Counted from the first letter of the stretch, positions 1 to 10,488 are shown. The stretch is DNA of 64,000 nt from an uncultured virus (IMG/VR IMGVR_UViG_3300037452_000097) (IMGVR_UViG_3300037452_000097), one strand, 5' to 3'. Program-made: numbers and translations. Notes: generated from the letters alone by a model not told the origin.

Positions 1-2
1 CT

Positions 3-179
3 CCTGGACATCAATGGCTTATGCGCCCCGTGCTTGCCGGCAAGGTCTGGCTACACGAGTTGAAAGACGGCACGTATGATCTTTGTGATATTGCCGATAT
101 AAACGAAGCGCTGGACGTCGAGGCCGAAAACGCTTGGCGAGTGCAAGAGTCGGTGAACAAGCGCGATGGCCGCATCTAA
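3..179 (+). CDS. C-terminal part of a tail assembly chaperone-like protein (5' partial)
   Basis: Own translation PGHQWLMRPVLAGKVWLHELKDGTYDLCDIADINEALDVEAEN...GRI*. It resembles the small protein that precedes tape measure genes in this tail type and overlaps the next start. Confidence 0.65.
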   Translation, partial: PGHQWLMRPVLAGKVWLHELKDGTYDLCDIADINEALDVEAENAWRVQESVNKRDGRI

Positions 180-1779
180 TATTTTAGACCATTATTTCGT
201 TCGCCTTTCGATGAGGGGGCCAAGCGCTACCGAACAGCGCGAGGCGGAAAAAGCGTTTAGCGCTCTTGCCGAGGCGGTTAGCATTGTTGTTCCGGCAATC
301 ACCGCGGCGGCAACCTCGATAGCCTTTGCAACGGATAAGATCGCGGGAGGACTGAGTAAGCTCTATTTTGAAAGTCAGAAGACGGGATCGGCGGTCCGAG
401 AAATAGAATCACTTGGTTATGCCCTAGAGCAGAATGGATCGACGCTAGAGAAGTTTCATGCGGATTTCGATAAGTTCTCGCAAACCATACGTGACTTCCC
501 GGAATATAAGAAATTACTAAGGGACAAGCTCGGACTAAGGCCGGAAGATTTTAGGGATTCTATAAGCCTGTATTCCGCCACGCTGGCGGCGCTGGCAAAA
601 AAGAGAGCGGCCGGTGACACGCAATCCGAAGGCGCATTTCGGAATTTATTCGGGTTCGATGAAGACAATATCATCGCGCGTGGGCGCAAGGAATTCGATA
701 AGTTTTACGCCGAAGGATTTGAACGAAACAAGGGCATTGACGAGAATTCCGTAAAGGCGCTTGGTCTTGTCCGATCCTTGAATGCATTTGGCGCGGCACT
801 TGAAGCGGTAACGAGGAAAGCCGCGGCGGCGCTTTTTGAAAAATACGGTCTTGTCCTTGACGATATGACCAAATGGGTTGACGATCATTCGGACGAGATT
901 ATTACCGCGGTAACGGAAGTCGTTGATCAGTTCGTTCAGGCTTGGAAGGATATTGAGCCCATAGCGGTTCCTGCGGTGCATAAGATCGGCGCCGGGCTAG
1001 ATAGGGTCACCCGCGTCCTAGACCGCCTTCTAGGCTCGCCTGACGGGCAGCATGGGGGCCTTCACGCGGTTCGGTATGTGCTTGACGCGCTGGCGGCCTA
1101 CATCGCCGGCAAATGGGCGCTGAAGCTTCTTGGCTTGCTTAGTGTCGGGAGATTGCTTCTCCCATTTTTGCGGACACTTGGGCCAGCCGGTATCGCCGCC
1201 GCGGGCGCTTATGAATTCTTCGAACATGTCCCGTCCGCTGAGGGGAACGATTCCTACGGCCTCGATCATCCCGGCTGGCATCCAGGAATGCCGAAGGAAA
1301 AGACTCGCGCGCAAAAGGAACGGGATGTTGTGGCCAATGCTGCGGTGCCAGCATGGCCGGATAGACTCGGGGCGCAAAAATATTTCGATAGAGGTGGATA
1401 CGGGCCTTATTCAAGAGAACAAACGCAAGGTGCTGGGCGAGATTTTAATATTCCTGGCCCCGGCAAGGAGCATCCAATCTCAGGTCGTGCTAGCGACATT
1501 CCATGGTTCGGAGGAACGCAATATCACCGTATTGTTGCGGGTGCTCAGAATATAATAGAAGCGGCTCATCATAACCCGTATATTTTTGCAATGAGCGATC
1601 GTGGCCAAACCGGCGCGCATCATAGCCAATGGTCGAGAACAAATAACATCGGTACGCGCAAACAGGTGACAAACATTCATCTCGCATCGACCGATCCTCA
1701 TGCGGCGGCGTCGGAGATTGCCCGGCATATGCGGGCCATTCACGCCGGCACGTTGCGCTCTTTGGGTAGGCTCGCCTGA
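166..1779 (+). CDS. tape measure-like protein, paralog 1
   Basis: 537 aa, helical and Ala-rich with a hydrophobic segment. It aligns by eye with the next ORF and lies before the baseplate genes. Confidence 0.7.
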   Translation: MAASNILDHYFVRLSMRGPSATEQREAEKAFSALAEAVSIVVPAITAAATSIAFATDKIAGGLSKLYFESQKTGSAVREIESLGYALEQNGSTLEKFHADFDKFSQTIRDFPEYKKLLRDKLGLRPEDFRDSISLYSATLAALAKKRAAGDTQSEGAFRNLFGFDEDNIIARGRKEFDKFYAEGFERNKGIDENSVKALGLVRSLNAFGAALEAVTRKAAAALFEKYGLVLDDMTKWVDDHSDEIITAVTEVVDQFVQAWKDIEPIAVPAVHKIGAGLDRVTRVLDRLLGSPDGQHGGLHAVRYVLDALAAYIAGKWALKLLGLLSVGRLLLPFLRTLGPAGIAAAGAYEFFEHVPSAEGNDSYGLDHPGWHPGMPKEKTRAQKERDVVANAAVPAWPDRLGAQKYFDRGGYGPYSREQTQGAGRDFNIPGPGKEHPISGRASDIPWFGGTQYHRIVAGAQNIIEAAHHNPYIFAMSDRGQTGAHHSQWSRTNNIGTRKQVTNIHLASTDPHAAASEIARHMRAIHAGTLRSLGRLA

Positions 1780-3659
1780 TGGCCGATACCGTCCTCGACA
1801 GTTTTCTCGTCAAAATTGTATATGACCAGGACGAAAAGTCACGCAAGAAATTTGACGAAGGCCTAAAACAAGTCCAGGAGCGTGCTCTTGAATTCGGGGC
1901 GAAGATCGAGACTCTCCCGGCAATCGTTAGTGATGCGACGAAACGGATTTCGGCATCACTTACTGAGATGTATTATTCGGCGCAAAAGAATGGCGCCACG
2001 GCCCGTGAAATCGACCAATTGCGATATGCCGCAAAGCAAAGCGGGGAAGGCGCGGATAAGGCTGTTGCATCGTTTGATGCATTTTCGCAACGGATAAGAG
2101 ATGCGGCGAGTGGTACCGCGGTCCAATATAAGAATCTTTTCGGCGTCGATGTTGATCCGAACCATACAATGGACGCGTTTCTTAAGGTTCGCGAGAAAAT
2201 CGAGGAATTGCGGAATCGCGGCGGCCCGCAAAACCTATCGCTAGCCAATCTTTATGCAAGAACATTCGGCATTGACGAGGATGCGCTTGTCTCCGGGCGT
2301 TTAGCGATATTCAAGAAAGCCTGGATCGAGCAGGCAAAACGGAACGAAGGGATTGCCGCGGACAAAGCCGTGGCTCTTACGCGCGCATATAACGCGCTCG
2401 CCGCCGCTCTGGAGACGGTCGCGCGCAAGGCGGACGCGGCATTGTTCGATAAATTCGGCGCCGTGCTCGATCGGCTTACCAAATGGCTTGACGAGGATTC
2501 GGAGCGGATTGTCAAGTTTTTCACGGATCTCGTCACTCAGATCGGCCTCGTTTTCACGGACCTTAAAAAATTAAGCCCCGCCTTTGTGCTTCTTTGGAGC
2601 GCACTAAAAGAAACCGGAAGCTGGCTGCAAAAGATTATTGGGCAGCCTGACGGAACCGGGCTTGCCGGCGTCCGGCATTTGCTTGAATTCATCAGCGGCG
2701 TCGTCATAGTGCGATTTGCGGCAGCCATGGCCGCCGGGTTCGTCACGGCCTTTGCGCCGGTCACCTTGTTACTGGCGGCCCTCGCGGCATTAGGGGTTAT
2801 CAGCGTTGGGGCCTATGCGGCTGGCGAGGCGGTGCGCGGGTGGCTAGGCGGCGTTGTTCCAGGCGGTGTCGGAGGCGGGTTTGGGCCGAGCGAAGGTACT
2901 GCTAGCGGCGGTCATGGTCCTGCGCGGCGTCGGCGGTTCGGGCATGGGGGCAGCGTCGGAAGAGGACATACCGGCACCGATTCTGGCAGCGGCGGCAAGC
3001 CAAACGCAAATTTCACCGCAGAAAATGCGAAAGCACTTCGCGAGAGTGCCGCACGATTAGGAACAACGCCGGAGGATTTGGCGACTGTCATAGGCTATGA
3101 GACAGAAGGCACGTTCAGTCCTTCTAAATGGGGCGGGGCGGGAGGCCGATATATGGGGCTTATTCAATTCGGTCCGTCAGAGCGCACTCAATATGGGGCG
3201 AATGAAAATCAGACATTTGCGGAACAGCTCGGCGCCGTCGAACGGTATTTGAAAGATCGCGGATTTAAGCCAGGCATGGGGATTAACGACCTCTATTCAA
3301 CGATTCTTGCAGGGAGGCCAGGGCTAAATAGAGCAGATTCAGGAGGCACCGTTAATCAGCATGTTGAACGGATGAAAGGCGCAATGGCCGCGCGAGCCCA
3401 TTTATTTCTTAAAAGTGGGGCGCAAGAATCTGTCACGCACTGGGACCCTCATTTCGATAGGGTCTTAAAAATCTTTAGGAATGCCAAGCCGCTCGGTGGC
3501 AGCCAACATTCGATGAACCACATCCATGATTATCGCGTGGTGCAGAACGAAACTAATATTCACGTTGCTGGCGGCTTCCCCGTCGATAAAACGGCGCGGC
3601 CACTAAGCCGACCAAAAAATGCAGACATAATCAGAAATACGGCGAGCTATGCGGCTTAA
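1779..3659 (+). CDS. tape measure protein, paralog 2, with C-terminal lysozyme/transglycosylase-like domain
   Basis: 626 aa. N-term MADTVLDSFLVKI; C-term IGYETEGTFSP...YMGLIQF resembles a lysozyme-like fold. Confidence 0.75.
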   Translation: MADTVLDSFLVKIVYDQDEKSRKKFDEGLKQVQERALEFGAKIETLPAIVSDATKRISASLTEMYYSAQKNGATAREIDQLRYAAKQSGEGADKAVASFDAFSQRIRDAASGTAVQYKNLFGVDVDPNHTMDAFLKVREKIEELRNRGGPQNLSLANLYARTFGIDEDALVSGRLAIFKKAWIEQAKRNEGIAADKAVALTRAYNALAAALETVARKADAALFDKFGAVLDRLTKWLDEDSERIVKFFTDLVTQIGLVFTDLKKLSPAFVLLWSALKETGSWLQKIIGQPDGTGLAGVRHLLEFISGVVIVRFAAAMAAGFVTAFAPVTLLLAALAALGVISVGAYAAGEAVRGWLGGVVPGGVGGGFGPSEGTASGGHGPARRRRFGHGGSVGRGHTGTDSGSGGKPNANFTAENAKALRESAARLGTTPEDLATVIGYETEGTFSPSKWGGAGGRYMGLIQFGPSERTQYGANENQTFAEQLGAVERYLKDRGFKPGMGINDLYSTILAGRPGLNRADSGGTVNQHVERMKGAMAARAHLFLKSGAQESVTHWDPHFDRVLKIFRNAKPLGGSQHSMNHIHDYRVVQNETNIHVAGGFPVDKTARPLSRPKNADIIRNTASYAA

Positions 3660-3732
3660 TCAAGGCGATGATCCCGGACTTGACCGGCAACGCCGGTTGT
3701 GTCATAGGGGATTCCGACAGGCCGGCTTTGCT

Positions 3733-4524
3733 CTATTTTGGTTTTGGTTCGCGATATTCTTCGTTGTATCCTGGGACAGCCACGTCAGAAAAATAGTCGT
3801 TCACCCCGTAAACGACAGCGAAATTCCGACGGTATATGTCATCGAATCCAGTCCTATAACGGATAAACCCTTTAACCAGAATCCTTGCCTTTTTAGCGGC
3901 GATGTTGGCGTAATCGTCTGCGGTAAGTGGAGTGCTAAAGGGGGCGCATGGAGGCAAGAAAACTGGCTTCGTATTAGTACCAGCGAAAGCGCCAGGGCCG
4001 ACGGCGTTATTTGCTTCGTATGCCTTAGTCGGATCATAAGTGACATCGCGCGGAATTTCCAAGCCAATGAGTTCCCGCTCGATGGATGCTTGAATAACAA
4101 TAACGGTGCCACGGCCAACGTTGACGAACGAATAATCGATAGTTGGTTGTGGATCGTTCGCATCTTTTTTGATCAGTTTAATTTCGCTGACAAACATGCG
4201 GCCGCGTTCGGATTCAACGAAAGCTCTGACGCTATCGCTCGCGGCCTCGGCGGCTTTTTTGGCGGCTTGGGCGCTAGTTGCCGAAATGTGCTCGGCTCTG
4301 TTCAGAGCGTTCAATTGGAAGATACCTACAAAGGCCAATACACCGGTAAAAACGACGAGGAAAAGATTGAATATCGAGATAGACTCAGGAAACCACCTGT
4401 CCCAAAGGGTTATGTTGCCTTTCTCATTGTGATCTTCTCCATAGTTTTTTTCGGAGGTTTGTTGCTGGGTTGGGCCAAGGGATGGTTGCGATGAAACGAT
4501 GGCCCCCGCAACAGCCACTATCAA
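3733..4524 (-). CDS. membrane-anchored hypothetical protein (moron)
   Basis: 263 aa with one hydrophobic helix and an AAKKAAEAA linker; antisense to the tail operon. Confidence 0.6.
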   Translation of the reverse strand: MIVAVAGAIVSSQPSLGPTQQQTSEKNYGEDHNEKGNITLWDRWFPESISIFNLFLVVFTGVLAFVGIFQLNALNRAEHISATSAQAAKKAAEAASDSVRAFVESERGRMFVSEIKLIKKDANDPQPTIDYSFVNVGRGTVIVIQASIERELIGLEIPRDVTYDPTKAYEANNAVGPGAFAGTNTKPVFLPPCAPFSTPLTADDYANIAAKKARILVKGFIRYRTGFDDIYRRNFAVVYGVNDYFSDVAVPGYNEEYREPKPK

Positions 4525-4646
4525 GACGATTGCAGCTATTCAATGCCGCCCATTGAAATATCTTTTGCTCTAGCCATGACGATCTCTCATTCGTTGGGGA
4601 AACCATAGCATGAAATTAAGAGCCGGTCAAATCCGGGATCATCGCC

Positions 4647-4940
4647 TTAATCAGAGTGCGGGCAAAGCCACCTTTTATGCTGAATTCGGCAACCATTATC
4701 TTTCATCATAGTTTCAATGACCGTTATTTGATTACATGCCCTGTCAGCCTCACGAGAGTCGCTGTGGCATACATCGTTAACAGAATGCCAAATAGATATT
4801 AAGTTCATGCGGCCAGCCGACTCGGCATGAACCGCTCCAATGGCCATAATCGCGCCGATGAATATCAGCACAAACAAAAACCTCAGAGCCCCAGGAAACA
4901 GGATCGCGAAGAGGATCAGAAACAGAAGCGCGATAATCAT
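4647..4940 (-). CDS. small membrane/exported protein (moron)
   Basis: Two N-terminal hydrophobic segments and a Cys-containing C-terminus; GGAGG SD upstream. Confidence 0.7.
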   Translation of the reverse strand: MIIALLFLILFAILFPGALRFLFVLIFIGAIMAIGAVHAESAGRMNLISIWHSVNDVCHSDSREADRACNQITVIETMMKDNGCRIQHKRWLCPHSD

Positions 4941-4974
4941 TATAACCTCCCAACAATTATCAATTTGCGACGGG

Positions 4975-5004
4975 CATCGTTATCGCAATAATTTCTAATG
5001 TCAA
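4975..5004 (-). promoter_or_regulatory. sigma70-like promoter for the moron pair
   Basis: Minus strand reads TTGACA-N16-TAACGA in an AT-rich gap. Confidence 0.5.
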
Positions 5005-5022
5005 ATCACAAATGGTTATGCA

Positions 5023-5946
5023 ATGGGCCAACAATGGCTGAGGGCCTGGCAGTTTTCCGCCGGCGGGGTGACGGCAAGCGGCGATCTTCGCGTCGTTTTT
5101 GATATAAAATCAATGACATTGCCGGCCCCGGCAACGGCGGTTATCGCGCTTTATAATCTCGCGCCGAGCACCGCGAATGCAATCTTTAAGGCCAAAACCG
5201 TAACCTTTGCCGCCGGCTATCAAGACAGCGTTGGGATGATATTTTCCGGCGAAATCGTTCAGGTTAATCTCGGTAAGGACAACGCCACGGATACCACAAC
5301 AACCGTTTTTGCAAAGGCTAGCGACAAGGCACACAATACGGGGGTTATCAACAAAACGCTAAAATCCGGATCGACCGGTATGGACATCTATCAGGCATTA
5401 ATCAAGGCAATGCCGGGAATGAGTCAAGGGCGGATTCCGACTCAGGATCTCCAGCAATTAAAATACCCTCGCCCGGTGACAATGTTCGGGATGGCGCGCC
5501 ATTTCATGCGTAATTTGGCGGAATCCGTTAACGGGACATTCCACTTCGACGCGCTTAAGCCGCAAGTGCATATAACGAAGAAAGATGACCAAGGAGCCGG
5601 GAGCCCGATTATTTTAAACAGCGATACCGGCATGATCGGATTGCCAACTCAGAATACGAACGGGATAAATGTGCGATGCGAGCTGAACCCGCAGATCCAG
5701 GTAAATTCGGTTATTCACATTGATCAGAAATCAATTCAGCGGATAACTCCGGACTTAACGATTCAGGGGCAGCCGACAATCGGCAGCGATATTTTCCGAG
5801 GCGGCATAGACGCGGACGGGCTCTATCGCGTCGTCTACCTGGAGCAAGTCGGTGATTCGCGCGGCGACCCTTGGTTTTGTGAGTGCAACTGTATCGCCCT
5901 TTCCGGCGCCGGCACGCAAAGTCAGACGCGGATTGGTTTGGGGTAA
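5023..5946 (+). CDS. baseplate hub protein
   Basis: LRVVFDI...ALYNLAP...AGYQD...IFSGEI; TGMIGLP...GINVRCELNP; DGLYRV...GDSRG motifs typical of hub proteins. Confidence 0.75.
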   Translation: MGQQWLRAWQFSAGGVTASGDLRVVFDIKSMTLPAPATAVIALYNLAPSTANAIFKAKTVTFAAGYQDSVGMIFSGEIVQVNLGKDNATDTTTTVFAKASDKAHNTGVINKTLKSGSTGMDIYQALIKAMPGMSQGRIPTQDLQQLKYPRPVTMFGMARHFMRNLAESVNGTFHFDALKPQVHITKKDDQGAGSPIILNSDTGMIGLPTQNTNGINVRCELNPQIQVNSVIHIDQKSIQRITPDLTIQGQPTIGSDIFRGGIDADGLYRVVYLEQVGDSRGDPWFCECNCIALSGAGTQSQTRIGLG

Positions 5947-5952
5947 TCTATT

Positions 5953-6495
5953 GTGTCACGTTTGGATAATTCCTTCGCGCTTATCACGCATCCTAATCCG
6001 CGGCAAATCGGGACAATTATTCCGGACATCGTAATTGAGGAGATAGGGCACGATCAGCTCCAAATAAGCGAGTTTCCTGTCGAAACGGGAGCACCTATTT
6101 CAGACCACGCTTACAAGCGCCCGCCAGAAATAATAATGCGATGCGGATTCTCGAACAGTACGGTCCAATCGGAAGGGTATGTTCAAGAGGTATATGCGCT
6201 CCTTCTCCAATTGCAGGCACAATTGCAACCATTCAATGTGACCTCCGGGAAGCGTCAATATCAGAATATGCTTATTTCTTCGCTTCTGGTCACGACGGAC
6301 CAGGAAAGCGAATATGCCCTTAATATTGTTGTTGGGCTGAAAATGGTTATTATCACTTCGACATCTGGCGGCGGTCAATTTGCCGACCCAGCAAATCAAG
6401 CGCTCCCTGAGCAAACATCCGGCGTGAATAATTCCGGCCAACAATCCCCGATCGGACAGGGAACCGGGTCCGGCAATATTCCGCTGTTTACCTGA
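5953..6495 (+). CDS. Dit-like / tail tube initiator baseplate protein
   Basis: ISEFPVETGAPISDHAYKRP and VTSGKRQYQNMLI motifs. Confidence 0.75.
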   Translation: MSRLDNSFALITHPNPRQIGTIIPDIVIEEIGHDQLQISEFPVETGAPISDHAYKRPPEIIMRCGFSNSTVQSEGYVQEVYALLLQLQAQLQPFNVTSGKRQYQNMLISSLLVTTDQESEYALNIVVGLKMVIITSTSGGGQFADPANQALPEQTSGVNNSGQQSPIGQGTGSGNIPLFT

Positions 6496-6815
6496 TGGCG
6501 AACGCTTTTGAAATTCCCTTGTCGAGCGTGAATCAAACGCTCGCGATTATCTTGAATAATGTGCCGTATGTCCTTCGGCTTATATTTTGCCAGACGACGG
6601 ATAGCAGCGCATGCTGGTTGCTGGACATCAACGATCAAAACGACAACCCTATCGTCTGCGGAATCCCGCTTGTGACTGGGGCCGATTTGCTGGAACAATA
6701 TAAATATCTCAATTTCGGGTTCATCCTGTATTGCTTTTCCGATTCCGTCAGCTCTGCAATTCCGACATTTGCCAACCTCGGTACAACATCACATTTATAT
6801 TTCCAGGTGCCATAA
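6495..6815 (+). CDS. baseplate plug-like protein
   Basis: WLLDI...PIVCGIPLVTGADLLEQYKYL motif; 106 aa. Confidence 0.7.
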   Translation: MANAFEIPLSSVNQTLAIILNNVPYVLRLIFCQTTDSSACWLLDINDQNDNPIVCGIPLVTGADLLEQYKYLNFGFILYCFSDSVSSAIPTFANLGTTSHLYFQVP

Positions 6816-7742
6816 ATGGTCAACGCATTCGTCGAGGAAATCCCGAATTCGGCAGACGAAGAAGCGATTATCTCGGCGGTGCAGGGAATCCTCACGCAAA
6901 CATGGTTCGCGATGCCTGCGATAGTTTCGCAGGATACCAAGGACGGCCATGTAGCGCAACTGCAGATCGCGATTAACGGCGCCGTTGTTGACGGGGAAGG
7001 GAAAAAGACAAATCCGCCATATCCTCTCGTTGACGAAGTTCCGGTTCATCACCACGGCGGCGGTAAAAATGTTCATACAATGCCGGTGGTTAAAGGAGAC
7101 GAATATCTATTAGTCTTCACCTCTCGCCCGCATGACACATGGCATCAGAACGGCGGGACGGATAATAATCCGATCGACGCTCGTATGCATCATATGTCCG
7201 ACGCATTCACAATCCGCGCCTATCGCAGCGACCCGCGCAAAATAAAGAATGTGTCTAATGATTCGGCACAAAACCGCAGCGAGGACGGCAAACATACGCA
7301 TGACGTCCATCCGGTCGACGGAATCACCACAAAGTCCGTCGATGCAAACGACATGGCAGATAATCCGTGGAAGGATGCAAAGAAATATTTTCAGTCCTTC
7401 GTGAAGCAGGCAATTGGCGTCTTCCATCAGGCGGTAGATGGAAACACAATCCACCAATCAACGGTTGACCACAATCAAATTAGCCATTCGTTAAATGGGG
7501 GGCAGCACTCAATAATATTGGATTTTGTAAAGAACACGATCGTTCACAGCTTGTTTAACGGGCAGCATTCAATAAGCCTCGGAAGTGGCGGGATAAGTTC
7601 GATATCCAACGCACTTATATCGCATGCCGCGCCGAATGTTAATGTGACCGCGGCGGCGCACAACGTTTTTGCGCAGACCAATATTAGCAAGCTTCTGAAG
7701 TTGGGGTCGAGTATCTCAAAGTTGACGAATTATATCCATTGA
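6816..7742 (+). CDS. Gp138-like baseplate spike protein
   Basis: PLVDEVPV...GDEYLLVF...DARMHHMSDAF motifs; His-rich beta-repeat C-terminus. Confidence 0.75.
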   Translation: MVNAFVEEIPNSADEEAIISAVQGILTQTWFAMPAIVSQDTKDGHVAQLQIAINGAVVDGEGKKTNPPYPLVDEVPVHHHGGGKNVHTMPVVKGDEYLLVFTSRPHDTWHQNGGTDNNPIDARMHHMSDAFTIRAYRSDPRKIKNVSNDSAQNRSEDGKHTHDVHPVDGITTKSVDANDMADNPWKDAKKYFQSFVKQAIGVFHQAVDGNTIHQSTVDHNQISHSLNGGQHSIILDFVKNTIVHSLFNGQHSISLGSGGISSISNALISHAAPNVNVTAAAHNVFAQTNISKLLKLGSSISKLTNYIH

Positions 7743-8003
7743 ATGGCGACCTATCAGCTCATTGCCGCATCCAACCTTCTCGACAAGGGGGCGCTCGCAT
7801 CCGTAACTCTCGTTATGCCCGTAGTCGATGGCGACGGAAATCCGCTCTCGGATGGGATTGAGTTGAGTATATCCTTTGGCGATGCGGTAACGACTCTCAC
7901 ACTCTACGGTACATTCCGCAACACGCCGCCGACAAGTGCCAGCGCCGGGCAAGTGCTAAATTTTCGTTATAGCATCAATACAAATTCGTGGTGGAATGCT
8001 TGA
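7743..8003 (+). CDS. hypothetical tail protein
   Basis: 86 aa, coupled to neighbouring genes. Confidence 0.55.
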   Translation: MATYQLIAASNLLDKGALASVTLVMPVVDGDGNPLSDGIELSISFGDAVTTLTLYGTFRNTPPTSASAGQVLNFRYSINTNSWWNA

Positions 8004-8472
8004 TATGCGATACCGCAAGCTTGCGCAACCCACAGGAACGAATGTTTTCAATTCCACCGGCGGCGATTACGCATTTGGACATGGGAGCGCGGACTTTTGG
8101 ATTAATGTACCAGACGCCCCAGCGCAAGCGGCCCTAACGCGTATGTACCTTTTCCTCGGCGACTGGTTTCTCGACACGTCGGACGGCATGCCATGGAATA
8201 CGAAAGTGCTTGGTCATTATACCGCAAATACGCGCGACCCGGCTATCCAATCACGCATTCTCGGGACGCAAGGGATTAAGGCCATTCGTTCCTATTCCTC
8301 TAATGTTGTCCGAGATACGCGCGCGTTCACCGTGAATGCACAACTTGATACGATTTACGGCGCGGCGGTTATTCAGGGCGCGGCCCAAATGCCGATCCCG
8401 ATCGATCTCGCAGATCTAGTGGTCTCCCCGCTTACTGATCTTAGCAATGCCCCGCTTACGGGGCTGCTTTAA
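7996..8472 (+). CDS. baseplate wedge protein (gp25/gp46-like)
   Basis: MRYRKL...GDYAFG...LFLGDWFLDTSDGMPW...ILGTQGI...DTIYG. Confidence 0.75.
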   Translation: MLDMRYRKLAQPTGTNVFNSTGGDYAFGHGSADFWINVPDAPAQAALTRMYLFLGDWFLDTSDGMPWNTKVLGHYTANTRDPAIQSRILGTQGIKAIRSYSSNVVRDTRAFTVNAQLDTIYGAAVIQGAAQMPIPIDLADLVVSPLTDLSNAPLTGLL

Positions 8473-8499
8473 GAAGTTGCGCATGCTTTGGAATAGAAT

Positions 8500-9672
8500 A
8501 TGGGCAATACGCCGATTTGCACGATTGATACGACCGGGATACACCTCCCTGCATTCACTAATTACATATCATATTTTACAACGCAATTTCAAAACATATT
8601 CGGCGCGGATGTATATCTTGGAAATGATTCTCAGGACGGGCAATTTATAGGGTTATTAAGTCTTGCATTATCCGATGTCAATAACTCTGCCGTAGAATGT
8701 TACAACAGTTTTAGCCCCGTAACCGCGCAAGGAACCGGATTAGCCTCAATCGTCAAAATCAACGGGATTGCTAAAAAAGTCCCGTCATTCGGCACCGTCC
8801 CGGTTGTAGTATCCGGCCAAGCGGGTATCACGATCACAAATGGGTTTGTGACCGATAGCGCTGGCAACCAATGGAACCTTCCGGCTTCGGTCGTTATCCC
8901 GCCCGCCGGGCAAATTACCGTCACCGGGACTTGCACGGTTCTAGGGGCGATTGCCGTGGCTACGGGGCCGGCCACGATAGGCAATCCTACTTTTGGCTGG
9001 CAAAGTGCCTCCTTCTTCGCCGCAGCCACCCCTGGGGCTCCCGTGGAGACGGACGCGGCACTCCGCGGGCGGCAATCGCTGTCGACGGCGAACCCCTCCA
9101 AATCGGTCCTTGAAGGGATTATCGGGGCGCTCTTAGCGATCCCGAATATTAATCGCATAGCCGGTTATGAAAACGACACTTCATTGCCGGACTCTAACGG
9201 GCTTCCGGCGCATACGATTTCTTTGGTTGTGGACGGCGGCGATAGCGCGGTCATCGCCCAAACGATTTCCATCAAGAAAACCCCAGGCTGCGGCACATAT
9301 GGATCGATCATCACGCCTATTACGGACGCTTACGGGATTATTCACAACATAGCCTATTTTCCTCCCGAGAGTGTAAATATTTCCTACAATGTGACCGTCA
9401 AGGCACTCGCCGGTTTCACGCTCGATATTCAAGCAAGCATCCAAGCCTCATTGGTGGCATGGACAAATGCGCTTCCGATAGGGGCCGCGATTCTTCTGCC
9501 CCGCGTTTACATGCCGGCGCAACTTAACGGCGGCATTGGGAGCGCGACATTTGAGCTTGTATCAATCGCTATTGCGCGTGACGGCCTAACTCCGGTTCCA
9601 AGCGATATTCAGCTCGATTTTGACGAGGCGCCGTTAACGCAAACTAACTTTATCAACATAGCGGTAATGTAA
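8500..9672 (+). CDS. baseplate J / gp47 family protein
   Basis: DSQDGQFIG, TAQGTGL, ETDAALRGRQ and GLPAHTISLVVDGG motifs. Confidence 0.85.
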   Translation: MGNTPICTIDTTGIHLPAFTNYISYFTTQFQNIFGADVYLGNDSQDGQFIGLLSLALSDVNNSAVECYNSFSPVTAQGTGLASIVKINGIAKKVPSFGTVPVVVSGQAGITITNGFVTDSAGNQWNLPASVVIPPAGQITVTGTCTVLGAIAVATGPATIGNPTFGWQSASFFAAATPGAPVETDAALRGRQSLSTANPSKSVLEGIIGALLAIPNINRIAGYENDTSLPDSNGLPAHTISLVVDGGDSAVIAQTISIKKTPGCGTYGSIITPITDAYGIIHNIAYFPPESVNISYNVTVKALAGFTLDIQASIQASLVAWTNALPIGAAILLPRVYMPAQLNGGIGSATFELVSIAIARDGLTPVPSDIQLDFDEAPLTQTNFINIAVM

Positions 9673-9673
9673 T

Positions 9674-10474
9674 ATGCGGCAGGTTTCCGACTATCTGAAA
9701 CTTGTCACCCGCCTTCATGCAAACCAGCCAAAATACATTGCCATGCTTTCGGCGGTTTTGCAACCGTTTTCCGATTTGCAGGCATTTCTTAATTCAATGC
9801 CGGCGCAATTCGATATCGATCAGGCTATCGGCGCCCAACTCGATATCGTTGGCCTATGGGTCGGGCAATCGCGAAATATTTCCGTTCCGCTTCCGAATAT
9901 CTTTTTCGCCTTCGACAGCGCGAATCTATCCAAAGGATGGGATCGCGGAATATGGAAAGGCCCGTATGCCACGTTAAACGGCATTACGGCCCTTGATGAC
10001 GATACATATAGACTGCTTTTGCAAACAATTGTTCTTGCGAATTCGTGGGACGGGACGGTCTCGGCAGCGCAAGCCATTCTTGATAATTTTTTCGAAGATT
10101 TTCCTGGGACGTTTGTTTTTATAGACGATAAGTCAGGCATATCCGAGCCGTCTAATTTTTTCATATGGGATTCCGCTAATCCGTCAAATGGTTGGGATGA
10201 AGGCGTCTGGTTCCAGCCGTCATTAGCTATCCAAAATCAACCGGCAAATGATCCCGCCATGACAATCGCGGTATCTGGGAAAATTCCGTCTATTATTCTT
10301 TTATCCATTCTTGATCAAGGGTTGATTGAAATTAAGCCGGAAGGCGTTCGCATGAATGTAAGTGTCACGTCCATTGATGGCGACGCAGTTTTTGGGTTCG
10401 ACGTAAACAATCAGTACGTTTCCGGCTGGGATACGGGCGCATGGGGAGTTCCCCCCGAGCAGCTTTCTTCATAA
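9674..10474 (+). CDS. baseplate wedge protein (DUF2612-like)
   Basis: FDIDQAIGAQLDIVGLWVG and LDDDTYRLLL...NSWDGT motifs. Confidence 0.8.
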   Translation: MRQVSDYLKLVTRLHANQPKYIAMLSAVLQPFSDLQAFLNSMPAQFDIDQAIGAQLDIVGLWVGQSRNISVPLPNIFFAFDSANLSKGWDRGIWKGPYATLNGITALDDDTYRLLLQTIVLANSWDGTVSAAQAILDNFFEDFPGTFVFIDDKSGISEPSNFFIWDSANPSNGWDEGVWFQPSLAIQNQPANDPAMTIAVSGKIPSIILLSILDQGLIEIKPEGVRMNVSVTSIDGDAVFGFDVNNQYVSGWDTGAWGVPPEQLSS

Positions 10475-10488
10475 CACGAGAATAATCT

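Noticed and set aside
3649..4494. 281-aa plus-strand ORF
   Set aside because: Antisense shadow of 3733-4524, which has the more protein-like sequence and belongs with the promoter-bearing moron.
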